A program made the position numbers and the translations under genes. Below, one piece after another: positions 47,791 to 57,667 of a stretch of 64,000 bases of DNA (its first letter is position 1; each line of letters begins with the position of its first letter). Source of the stretch: a virus. Its lineage: Duplodnaviria > Heunggongvirae > Uroviricota > Caudoviricetes. The notes under the pieces were generated by a model. It did no database searches. It was not told where the DNA came from and saw only the letters and a program-made list of their open reading frames with translations. The stretch lies in the IMG/VR virus record IMGVR_UViG_3300018080_000114; one strand, written 5' to 3'.

Positions 47791-49147
47791 AATGAGGGTT
47801 GACCGAAATGACGGTAGTCGAGGGCATGCTGAGACAGAAGGCCAAGAGGGCGGCACTGGAAGCGTACCAGAAGGGCGTATGTATGGGCATGGGAGAGTGT
47901 GATAGGTGCGGGGAGCTGAAGATGACCGTGAGTGCCTTCGCTATGCCGGGAGGGTACATCAAGCTGTGTGAGGAATGCTGGATGAGAGCGAGAGGATACC
48001 ATGCATGAGGACGTGATAGGCAGTGAGATGTGGGAGGTGACCACATGGGATAGGTGGAGGCCATACGTAAGGAGATTCCTGAGGGGGTTCGGGATATCAA
48101 TGTTGACCATGGTCCTGCTTCCAGCGGTGCTCTGGGGAGCGAAGGAGATAGTGCTGGGGCTGGCTTTCATTGCACAGAGGATCTATGAGGCAGGTGGACC
48201 ATACGTGTATCTGGGTGCCTTGGCGCTGGTGATAGCTGTAGTGGTAGGTCTGGTGGTGGCAATCTTTGGGGAGAACTGGGGCTGATGTTCACTAAGAGAA
48301 GCAAGTTCAAGCTGTGGCTATGCAGGATGGGATATCATCGGCGCTGGGTGAGATGGGCAAGCCGGTCCAGGTACTGTAGCAATTGTGGGCAGTGGCAGCG
48401 CCTGGAGTTCTACAGCAACCATACTCAGAGGTGGGTGGATACAGAGGAGGAGGAGGAATGAGGTTCCCATGGCATGAACGTGACGATCAGGTTATGAGGG
48501 TGGCACAGGAGGCGGGTTGGATCTACGATATGCCCTATGATCTCCTTAGGAAGAAGATGCCCAACGGAGATGTCTTAAGCCTTAGCAGAGGGAGACTCAT
48601 TCTTGATGTGGAGGGATTTTCGGTGGGCATGATCATGAGGTATCTTAACAGGGTGGAAGCTGAGCATGTGGAGGTGAGTGATGGCTAAGCGAACATTCAT
48701 AGTGGAGATGACAGTTACTGTCAGGAAGTCTGTGGTGGTGGAAGCGGAATCACTTGAGGAGGCAGAGGAACATCCGTGGGAGCACGCTGTGGATGAGATC
48801 GAGATCGACATGATAGACTGGGAAGTGGACAATGTGATGTGTGAGGGATAGCATGGGATTGTTTTCAAAGGAAATCCTGGAGAGGGCAGTGGAGCTTCAT
48901 CAGATCGAGGGCCGGATGGAGTGGAAGTACCTGCCAATGACCGACAAGCAGTGGGAGATTCTGGAGCCACATCTGCCTGAGGCTATGAGGGAGCACATCG
49001 ACAGGGGAGCGGCAGCAATGCTCATCCAGCACAAGTTCGATGAGGATCGGTACGCTAGGGCGTATGGGTGCTGCGGATTTGAGGGCGGTGACATGTACTA
49101 CGATGAGGACGACGAGGACTATCCCATGTGGGCTGATAGTTGGTAGA

Positions 49148-49174
49148 GAACAAACTGTGAGCGGCTACGTATAG
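49148..49174 (+). promoter_or_regulatory. Putative phage-sigma (late) promoter before the portal gene
   Basis: GAACAAAC-N13-GTATAG. Confidence 0.5.
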
Positions 49175-49238
49175 AGATGTAGGTTGTTCGCAGGTTTCTG
49201 TCTTTTTATAGAAAAAGGGAATAGTAAGGGAGATCAGG

Positions 49239-51068
49239 ATGAGAAGGAATCCGTTTCGCATTGAGGAGAATGAGTTCGACATACTGAGGGACGTTACAAG
49301 CAAGCCTCCTTATGTTCCAACACAGGATGTAGTCAACGGGCTGGACAAGGATGGGATCGACTTGCTGAAGAAGATCGGCATCTCACAGGGCACACTGACC
49401 ACAACCATCCAAGAGAGCATCCAGGTGAACTACGACAGACTGAGCCTGTATGGTCAGCTGCAACGTGCGTTGGACCACTGGATGGTGGGAGCTTCAATGG
49501 AGCTGTACGCAGATGTGGCCAGCGCCTGGAGCCCGATGCATGAGTCCTCAGTGTGGATCACAGCGGATTCAGACAAGTATGAGAACGAGCTGAATGACAT
49601 GCTCGACCGAATCGGAATGGAGGAGAGGATCTATGACTGGGCGTTTAACCTTGGTGCTTTCGGAGATCTGTTTGTACGTCCAGAGGCTGGGCCTGGGATG
49701 GGAATCGTTGCAGTTAATGACAATGAGCATCCTATCTCTGTTAGTCGAGCTGACTACAAGGGTCAGCTGATTGGATTCTACTGGACTCCGAACACACCGA
49801 ATTCAGTATCACAGGGTCAGGGCTACCATGAGAACGATGCCTACAAGCTGATGCCTCCGTGGGACTGGGTACACTTCCGTCTGTTGGGCGCAAAGAAGAA
49901 GCGGTTCAGTGCGTATGAGAACCAGAAGGAAGTACGCAGCATGAACATCATCACAGGGGAAAGTACATACCAGCTGACTACAAGGTATGGCACGAGCCTG
50001 TTGATCAATGCACTTCCGACCTACAAGAGACTGAGACTGGCAGAGGACAGCCTGCTGATGGCACGTATCACCAGAGGTATCATCCGGTACATCTGGAAGC
50101 TGGCGGTGAACCAGAGTAGTGCTGAGGCAGTGGCGGCGCTGGTGGATCAGTATGCAACCATGATCACGAGAGCCAGAGCCATTGACACAGATCCGGACAA
50201 CCCATACTACGACAGTCGGCAGAATCCATTCAGTGTGATGGAGGATATTTTCGTTCCTGTCTGGGGTGACGTGGGAGATCTGGCATACGAGAAGGTTGGT
50301 GGTGAAGCGGACATCCGTTGGATCGTAGATGTCGAGCAGCTTAGAAACCAGCTGGCTGTATCTTTGCGTACACCTATGTCATTGCTGGGTGGATGGGTGA
50401 ACGAGGCCACTGGTGCTCTGGGTAGTGAGGCACTGGAGGCGTTGGACATTCGGTTCGCACGTAACGCGAGACGTTTGCAGAGAGCACTGACCGAGGGTAT
50501 CTACAGGATGTGTCAGATCAATCTGGCCTACATGAACCTGGACCCAGATCCTACATTGTTCACGGTTCACATGGGTGAGACATCTACAGCTGAGGAAGAG
50601 GCTATGCGGGAGAGCCTGGACGCTGGCGTGGATACCATCGACAAGTTCATCAGTGTGGCAGAGAATGCTGTGGGTGAGGGTGAGCTGGACAAGCAGAAGA
50701 TGTTTGACTATCTGTCCAGAAAGATCCTGAGATTGGAAGACTTCCACATCGAGGACTTCGTGAGAAGCCCTGACAAGATGGTAGGTGAGAAGGCCAAGGC
50801 TGCATTGGCGCTGGAAGAGGCATTCCAGAAAAGATTGCTGAATCGTAGAATTTCACGGAACCATGACCTGAGTAGCTTCGTACCAGTACAGTGGGAAACA
50901 GGTCCTGCACCTAGATGGGCTGTGGGCGATAAGCTAGTGGAGCTGAAGCTGGATGAGGGCAAGGAAGAGGAGAGGGTCGTGGCTGTCTATGAACATGGCC
51001 AGCAAGAATGGGAGCGTCTGTATGGAGAGACACAGATCAGAGAGGTCACGGACGAGGAAGTCGAATAA
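49239..51068 (+). CDS. Portal protein
   Basis: 609 aa; R..LY......D......M.LYAD N-terminus, VHFRL, L...ED..L..RI.R, EDIF.P and IRFAR patterns as in T4-gp20-like portals. Confidence 0.75.
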   Translation: MRRNPFRIEENEFDILRDVTSKPPYVPTQDVVNGLDKDGIDLLKKIGISQGTLTTTIQESIQVNYDRLSLYGQLQRALDHWMVGASMELYADVASAWSPMHESSVWITADSDKYENELNDMLDRIGMEERIYDWAFNLGAFGDLFVRPEAGPGMGIVAVNDNEHPISVSRADYKGQLIGFYWTPNTPNSVSQGQGYHENDAYKLMPPWDWVHFRLLGAKKKRFSAYENQKEVRSMNIITGESTYQLTTRYGTSLLINALPTYKRLRLAEDSLLMARITRGIIRYIWKLAVNQSSAEAVAALVDQYATMITRARAIDTDPDNPYYDSRQNPFSVMEDIFVPVWGDVGDLAYEKVGGEADIRWIVDVEQLRNQLAVSLRTPMSLLGGWVNEATGALGSEALEALDIRFARNARRLQRALTEGIYRMCQINLAYMNLDPDPTLFTVHMGETSTAEEEAMRESLDAGVDTIDKFISVAENAVGEGELDKQKMFDYLSRKILRLEDFHIEDFVRSPDKMVGEKAKAALALEEAFQKRLLNRRISRNHDLSSFVPVQWETGPAPRWAVGDKLVELKLDEGKEEERVVAVYEHGQQEWERLYGETQIREVTDEEVE

Positions 51069-51318
51069 GCCGTTTCATGAGATGACCATGGACGAGCTGT
51101 ATGAGGAGTGTGAGTCTGAGGAGAAAGATGAAGAAGATCAAGTGTAAGCGGTGTAAGCAGCCGAGAAGTGAGTGGGATTTGCTGGAGGGCTATTGCCTGT
51201 TGTGTGCTGGGCGGGTCATCCAGGTGGCACGGAAGTACGTAGCGTTGAGGGAGCAGAGAGGTGAGGACGCACAGTGTGAGCGTCAGACGGCGTGGAAAGA
51301 GCTGAAGGGAGCCTTGGG

Positions 51319-51720
51319 ATGAGTGAGACTGAATATCATAGTGGTGTGTTGCATCCACTGGACATGAGTAAGGGCCTGGAAGAAACGGCCAAGGAGATCT
51401 GCGAGAAGCATGGATGGGAGAAGGACAAGTGGCACAGTGACTACGAAGAGCTGCTGTGTGATGAGGGTTACATGTCGTATGTGGTGGCCAACGGCGTGAT
51501 CTACAAGGTGGACGATGATGACATGGACCCATACGATGACGTCTATGTGGCAGAGAAGCAGTCGGATGGTTCATACCGATACACCTTGAAGTACTACAAC
51601 GGTGGATGTGGTTTTAGTGAGGCCATTGAAACGGCATTGGAGAGAGCTAAGGAGTCGAGTGATGCGCAGGACCAGAGCATGGAGGAGATGGCAGTACCAG
51701 AAGAGGAAGATGAATCGTAA
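51319..51720 (+). CDS. Hypothetical acidic phage protein
   Basis: YYNGG.GFSEAI C-terminal motif. Confidence 0.65.
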   Translation: MSETEYHSGVLHPLDMSKGLEETAKEICEKHGWEKDKWHSDYEELLCDEGYMSYVVANGVIYKVDDDDMDPYDDVYVAEKQSDGSYRYTLKYYNGGCGFSEAIETALERAKESSDAQDQSMEEMAVPEEEDES

Positions 51721-51893
51721 GCACTACTGGGGTGGGCCAGTCGGGACGGAGCCCGGTGTCAGGTACATGCAGACTGAAGAAGAACGTCTGGGGATGGTAG
51801 CCAATACTCCTCAGCCGTGTTCGTGCATCGGTGGGTGTGGGCACATGCGTCAGGCTTACGGTCCAACGATCCAGGAAAGAAAGGCAGCTGAGG

Positions 51894-52433
51894 ATGCCCA
51901 AGCGCAAATCGAAGAGCAGAACAAAGAGGCTGGAAGAGAATTATCCCAAGCTGCCTAAGGACAGTGAGGGCTACTGGGTATGTCGCTACTGTGGGGAGCG
52001 GATCAATCAGGGCAATAGGTACAGAGCTTGGTGCAGTGATGCGTGCTCAAAGAATGCCATGGAGCGAACATATTCCAACTGGGCACGTAATGCTTTAGAG
52101 AGGCGTGAGAATGGAATCTGCCAAGAGTGTGGGCTGGATACAACGGAGCTGGATCATGAGCTGAAGATCCTGCGGAGCCTAGTGAATCATACGTACAGGC
52201 AGTGCAGCAAGGAGAAGTGGCACTACAAGGATGTGCTGGAGACTCTGCTGCTGGCCATGAAGAAGTGTGGATTCAACACCGATCCGACGTGGGGCCGGTG
52301 GACTACGCTGTGGCATATGGATCACATTGTGGAGCACGCAGAGGGTGGAACGCTGGAGCCTGAGAACCTTCAGACATTGTGCGTGGCTTGCCACAAACGA
52401 AAGACCAAGAAGTATGTAAGCCAGGAGGGCTGA
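51894..52433 (+). CDS. HNH endonuclease
   Basis: CRYCG...CS..C zinc finger; CQECG; MDHIVEHAEGG...NLQTLCVACH. Confidence 0.9.
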   Translation: MPKRKSKSRTKRLEENYPKLPKDSEGYWVCRYCGERINQGNRYRAWCSDACSKNAMERTYSNWARNALERRENGICQECGLDTTELDHELKILRSLVNHTYRQCSKEKWHYKDVLETLLLAMKKCGFNTDPTWGRWTTLWHMDHIVEHAEGGTLEPENLQTLCVACHKRKTKKYVSQEG

Positions 52434-53521
52434 CCTGATGGGTCACAGGAACAAGCGCCAGAAAGAGAAACGTCGTCGTCAACGAAAGCATTTACCAGTG
52501 GAGAGCAAGGCGTATCACCCACCTAAGCTGACTAGGCCATGGTGGTATCGGTGTAAGTTCTACATCCCAGGCAGGTGTGGTGAGTGCTCGGATGGGCAGT
52601 TGCATCTGGTGTCACCAGCCAAGGGCTTGATGATGTGTGCAGGCTGGTGTTGTCACAGGGATATGCAGGTCTGGTGTGTGAAGGTCAAGAAGGCCAAGAG
52701 ATCAGAGTGGAAAGATTTGCCTAGGAGTAAGAGCAACGATGAGCAGGTCAAGACGGAAACACGCATGGGTGTGGCTGACGAAGAAGTGGGAGAAGTGGAA
52801 CGAGAGTGCATTCCGGAGGAGGGTGAAGCAGGCGCTGCATGATGTGGAGGTAGACTTCGATCCAGATCGGGATTGGGAAGAGGCGAACATCGGACACAAG
52901 AAGGCTGGTGGAGAGTTGGGAACCAAGTGTGGCTACAATGTGAAACCTCATCCAGATGACAGTCAGACAGACATCGATAGCTACGAGGAGATAATGAGGA
53001 AATGAGGGAGAAGCGGAGCTGGAAGACAAGATGGTTTTGGGTGTTGGTGGAGAAGCACGAGGCTGATTGTACATGTTCATATTGTGCAAAGGTGGAAGGT
53101 CTCACAGCGGAGCCACTGCACTATGGGCTGAACATTCCCAGAGCCTGGAAGCGTTCGACTTCATGGTGGGTGATCAAGTACGGTCGTGGGAAGTATTTCA
53201 GATGGACCAATAGCTGGCTGAGGAGATGGGCATGAGCGAATGCTTCCATAGGCCGGGACCGCATGAGGATGAGGAGCTGTATCAGCGACTGCTCTATCTG
53301 GCGTACTGCATTCATATGGATCAGTACATCACGGATATCCGAAGTATGAAACTGATAGAGGAGTGGGAGCGGTTCAGGGATTCAGATGAAGTGAAGATGC
53401 ATTGCGGTGACTGTACGAAGACGGCGTGTCCATGTCCAAGATGTATGATGCATGGCTTGGAGATCGATGCAGAGAATATGTACACATTTCTAAGAACAAT
53501 GGAGTTGCGGGAGCATAGGAA

Positions 53522-54013
53522 ATGAACGAGTTCGAGAAGGCGCTCGACATAGTAGAGGCCAAGACAGTGGAGGTCCCAGACGTGGTCTATCATGGTACGA
53601 ATTCAAAGCCATTCGATAGGTTCAAGCAGACGGGTGGGAAGGTGAGTACGGTCTTCGGGACAGAGGCAGTCAAGAGGACTGGGTTCTTCTTTGCGCCAGA
53701 CGAGGAGTTGGCAAGGGACTTCGGGAAGAACGTAGCAAAGGTCAAGCTGCATCTGGACAAGGTGATCGATCTGGAGCATGACACTACACTGGATGACAAG
53801 TGGGAGGCAGCTGGCTACAACCGTAAGTGGCTCACATCCGTGGAGACATGGGAGCTGTTCGACGGTGAGGACGGGGAAGAGTTCGTGAGGTTTTTACAGA
53901 AAAATGGATATGATGGAGCCGCATTTGTAGAGCCAGAAGCTGGTAAGGGTAGATCCGGCTGGGCGTTCGTGGCATTCGATCCGAAGGACATTGAGATACT
54001 TGAATGGAACTAA
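53522..54013 (+). CDS. ADP-ribosyltransferase-like protein
   Basis: VYHGT...F..F; GFFFA....A..FG; GYDG; resembles the ART domains of polyvalent phage proteins. Confidence 0.6.
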   Translation: MNEFEKALDIVEAKTVEVPDVVYHGTNSKPFDRFKQTGGKVSTVFGTEAVKRTGFFFAPDEELARDFGKNVAKVKLHLDKVIDLEHDTTLDDKWEAAGYNRKWLTSVETWELFDGEDGEEFVRFLQKNGYDGAAFVEPEAGKGRSGWAFVAFDPKDIEILEWN

Positions 54014-54025
54014 GGAGGACTAGGG

Positions 54026-54697
54026 ATGGATGAATTCAGGGATTTGGTAGAGTGTGGTAGTGCCGGTGTGCAGTTGGCATATGTCAAGGGACAGAAGGAC
54101 ATGACCTGGGGTCAGCTGGCAACGGCAGTGTATCAGATCCTAGAGACTGTTCACATTCCTGACGAGTGCATGGATGACGTCGAACGGTTCTGCAACGAAG
54201 CGAAGAGTCAGTTCCTGAGATGGGCCGAGAATGAAGTCAAGGCGGCTGGACTCTTGCAGGCTGACAGTGATTACGATGGGATGCTAGGTGAAGCGGTGTT
54301 GGATCTGGTCAATGTGTTTGACTCACAGAACCATTCCGGGATGAGCGCTGCGATGGTCAGAGCTATCTTCGATAACCTAGCGAACTGGAAGCCACTGTCT
54401 CCGTTGACGGACAATCCGGATGAGTGGATGGAAGTGAGTGAGGAGCTGTGGCAGTCAAGGCGAAACCCGGCGTGCTTCTCGAAGGATGGAGGTAAGACAT
54501 ACGAGGACAACAACGATCCATGCTGGCTGCATGAGGATGAAGATGGATGTACCTACTTCTCCAGGCCAGAGAATCCAGAGGACATTACGATTCACGAGAG
54601 TGAGCCGTATGAGGGTAAGGTGAACAAACAGGAGCTGGCACGGTTTGGCTCTGACAAGGACAAGAAGAAAAAGGAAGACGAGAAAGATGAGTCTTGA
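54026..54697 (+). CDS. Hypothetical phage protein
   Basis: E.ELKAAG...HSG.SA...PLSPLT...DEW....Q..R....F. Confidence 0.7.
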   Translation: MDEFRDLVECGSAGVQLAYVKGQKDMTWGQLATAVYQILETVHIPDECMDDVERFCNEAKSQFLRWAENEVKAAGLLQADSDYDGMLGEAVLDLVNVFDSQNHSGMSAAMVRAIFDNLANWKPLSPLTDNPDEWMEVSEELWQSRRNPACFSKDGGKTYEDNNDPCWLHEDEDGCTYFSRPENPEDITIHESEPYEGKVNKQELARFGSDKDKKKKEDEKDES

Positions 54698-55012
54698 GTA
54701 CGCAATGCATGTAGGGTATCCGTGCTTCCATTGCTGGGACCATGTGCGGGACTTCTCTACATGGACAACGTGTGGGCTGGAGACTGAGGTGCCGAAGTGG
54801 GCCATGTGGTACTCAGAGTATCGATGTCTGCTGTGCGGAGCGGAGAGGACGTTGCCTCAGGGAGACTGGCCAGTAGGTGGCAGATGCTACAGTCTGGATG
54901 AGGTGTGGGATGAGGAATGGGATGAGCTTCTTGAGGGAGTGGAAGTAGACGATGAGGAAGAACGCGATCCATGGGATGGAAGAGACCTTCCAGGGTATGA
55001 CGGAGATGCGCT

Positions 55013-55390
55013 ATGAATGAGTTCGATTACATGATTCGTGAAATGGAAGAGGAACCAGAGGAGAGCGATATGGGATGGATAGGTGTGGACTTGGACGGGA
55101 CGCTGGCACACTACGATGAGTGGAAGGGTGCAGACCACATTGGTGAGCCGGTGCCTGCAATGCTGGAGCGTGTGAAGAAGTGGGTAGCGGCAGGTAAGAT
55201 AGTCAAGATCTTCACAGCCAGAGCATCAGCGCCAGACTTTGATATCTCTGTGGTGCATGAGTGGCTCAAGGCGAATGGGCTACCGGAGCTGGAAGTGACT
55301 AACTCGAAGGACTATGCAATGATCGAATGCTGGGATGACCGATGCATTCAGGTGAGGCCCAACACTGGTGAGCGAGTGGATGGGAGGTGA
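55013..55390 (+). CDS. HAD-superfamily phosphatase-like protein
   Basis: IGVDLDGTLA, KIFTARA, WDDR. Confidence 0.8.
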   Translation: MNEFDYMIREMEEEPEESDMGWIGVDLDGTLAHYDEWKGADHIGEPVPAMLERVKKWVAAGKIVKIFTARASAPDFDISVVHEWLKANGLPELEVTNSKDYAMIECWDDRCIQVRPNTGERVDGR

Positions 55391-55450
55391 GTGATGAATT
55401 CAGGTGGAACCAAATACAGGACGTAGGTTGGATGGTAAAGGAGACTAAGG

Positions 55451-56767
55451 ATGGGGTTTACGGATTATGTGAGTAGGTTCAGAAGTCAGTTGGTTAATTC
55501 CAGCAAGTATCGGATGTCCGAGGTGGAGTACCTGGACACATACTGGGATGATCTTCGCGTGTCTGCGAATGATGTGATCCTTGCTGGTGTGAATCCTCCA
55601 GAGTGGAAGCAGGTGGTGAATGATGGGGCTGGAGGCGCATCGTATGCTGTTCAGCTGGATGGAAGCACGCAGTACGGGACCGTGGGAGACTATGCAGGAT
55701 TGGATGTAGATGCCAATGGTCATCTGACTGTGGAGACATGGTTCTCAGCAGATACCGTGACAGGGTTCCGTCCAATCGTTTACCGTTCTGGCTACGTACA
55801 GGTTCAGATCCGCAACGGGAGAATCCGGGTTGCGATGGAGGGATCTGGATTCCAACAGACGGGTGTGGTCACACTATCTGGCGTGACGCATCATCTAGTA
55901 GTGGTGCTGGAGAAGAGTGGCAGTGATACAAACTGTACAGTGTACATGGACAACGTTGTGGTGGACAGCTTCGTATTCGTGGGCACGGTGTTTGGGACTC
56001 AGACCACAGATCTTCTCATAGGAACAAATGGTACGCAGTACTACAATGGGATCATAGACGAGACCGTGCTTTACAATGTGGCCTTGACTGCTTCTCAGGT
56101 TACAGAGAGATGGAATAGCGGAGCTGGAACGCAGACGGTGCCGACAGGTGTGACGAAGGCGTCAGATGTGATTGCCATGTTCCACTACGATGAGGGAACA
56201 GGGTCAACGGTAGACAATGATTGTACGATTGGGGCTGGAGAGGATATGTCTCTCACAGGCTCACCCACATGGCCGACAGGGTTGATCGGTGGGAGTGCTG
56301 GGAGCGTTGGAGTGCTGGCGCTGTCGTTCTCGCCCACGATTCGGAATGAGGCATTCTTTCCGACACAAATATTGCACGCATGGAAGCAGGGTAGTGCGCT
56401 TCATCCGCACGTACATTTCGCGCCTAATGGTGCTGGTGGTTCAGGTCAGATGCCGAGGTTTGGGCTGGAGTACTCGTTGGCAGGTATCGGAGAGGTGTAT
56501 GGGAATACGACCACCATCTACACAACAGGAGTCGTGGCTGGTGGGGACACAACGTTGGTGGATCGGAAGCATTACCTGATGAGTTTCCCAGATATCGACA
56601 TGTCAGCGGTGGCAAATACGATTGGGGTGAGCGCCATGTTGCTGTGTCGGTTTTTCCGGGATGCGGAGCATGCGGATGACACGTATGCGAATGACGTATT
56701 CTTCAAGGAATTTGACTTCCATCTAGAACATGACAGTCCTGGAAGTCGTAGTGAATATGTGAAGTAG
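55451..56767 (+). CDS. Virion-associated protein with LamG/concanavalin-like domain
   Basis: LTVETWF, HHLVVV, VYMDN, IGT...YYNGIIDETVLYNVALT; Gly/Thr-rich. Confidence 0.75.
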   Translation: MGFTDYVSRFRSQLVNSSKYRMSEVEYLDTYWDDLRVSANDVILAGVNPPEWKQVVNDGAGGASYAVQLDGSTQYGTVGDYAGLDVDANGHLTVETWFSADTVTGFRPIVYRSGYVQVQIRNGRIRVAMEGSGFQQTGVVTLSGVTHHLVVVLEKSGSDTNCTVYMDNVVVDSFVFVGTVFGTQTTDLLIGTNGTQYYNGIIDETVLYNVALTASQVTERWNSGAGTQTVPTGVTKASDVIAMFHYDEGTGSTVDNDCTIGAGEDMSLTGSPTWPTGLIGGSAGSVGVLALSFSPTIRNEAFFPTQILHAWKQGSALHPHVHFAPNGAGGSGQMPRFGLEYSLAGIGEVYGNTTTIYTTGVVAGGDTTLVDRKHYLMSFPDIDMSAVANTIGVSAMLLCRFFRDAEHADDTYANDVFFKEFDFHLEHDSPGSRSEYVK

Positions 56768-57122
56768 GGGTGATCTGGGTAACACGGAGGGAGTGCCTCT
56801 GTGGGTGCAGGTGATATGCCGCACTATCTGGATCGAGTTGTAAGGAGGATGTATCATGAGAATGCCGGAAGCAGGAGAGTGTCTTGTGGGCAAAGTGTGT
56901 GTCTGTTCAGTGGGCAGACCGTTCATCGTAACGCACCAGCAGGCGTTTCCGTGGGGCGTAGCGTGGGCAGGTCTTGGCCTGGATGGGAAGGGTACTGCGT
57001 GCTCGTCCAATCCATGTGTTATTGCCGAGAGCGGACATGAGTTCCATGACAAGTTGTTTGAGCGATTCGGAGGGAGGATGAGCCACTTCGCAGATGGGAA
57101 GTGATTTTTTCTGAAAAACAAT

Positions 57123-57150
57123 TTGGATTGTGCAACGGATGCCGTATACT
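57123..57150 (+). promoter_or_regulatory. Sigma70-like promoter upstream of a structured RNA
   Basis: TTGGAT-N16-TATACT. Confidence 0.6.
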
Positions 57151-57186
57151 TTGGTTAGTGTACGGCATTTTCTTTAACAACTGAAT

Positions 57187-57370
57187 ACAGCATGTTAGGA
57201 TACCTCAGAGACTGATCGTAGTTGAGGTGCGTCTATGCTACTAAACCACTGGGCGACCCCATCCGATAACCTGATCAGTTGTCGGCCAAGCTTGATCGGC
57301 TTGAGGTGTTCTCCGCAAGAGACCGTGGGAAGCAGGTGCAACTCCTGCCTGAGGTGCCCTAACGTGCTGT
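57187..57370 (+). ncRNA. tRNA-like structured RNA with a large insertion
   Basis: About 22-bp terminal helix, T-arm GCAGG-TGCAACT-CCTGC and several internal hairpins. Confidence 0.6.
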
Positions 57371-57639
57371 GTTCGAGGGAGATGAAACCATGTTGATCGA
57401 TTGCTTGGGCAAGGCAGTAGCGAATACGCACAAGGATATCAAGCGGGCTCTGATGGAGACGGACATGGTTGAGGTGGACGGTGATGACCTGTCTATCAGC
57501 AACTTCTTCTCTGAGTCTGGGGATGAGATCAACGTGTACAACGGATACTGCACCGAAGGGCCTGCGGTGTTCGAGGTGGACGAGATCGATGAGGCTATTC
57601 GGACGTTCATGGAAATGATCGAAGAGGACGATTAGTCAT

Positions 57640-57667
57640 TTGCATTCTTTGGGATATGGCTTATACT
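57640..57667 (+). promoter_or_regulatory. Sigma70-like promoter
   Basis: TTGCAT-N16-TATACT followed by TTAGG. Confidence 0.75.

Noticed and set aside
13455-54672. AGAAAAA at 13455, 19928 and 54666 as members of the 14-bp motif
   Set aside because: They lack the T-rich half-site (19928 has only a partial one) and are explained by Lys/Glu-rich coding.
57245-57370. Cobalamin riboswitch (CCACTG...TGGGAAG, GGTGCAACTCC T-loop)
   Set aside because: Only one GGGAA is present, the motif order differs from the consensus, and the 22-bp terminal helix sequesters the would-be P5/P6. Not excluded without a covariance-model search.
57187-57370. tmRNA
   Set aside because: No G3:U70 pair, no CCA, far too short, and no convincing tag reading frame.
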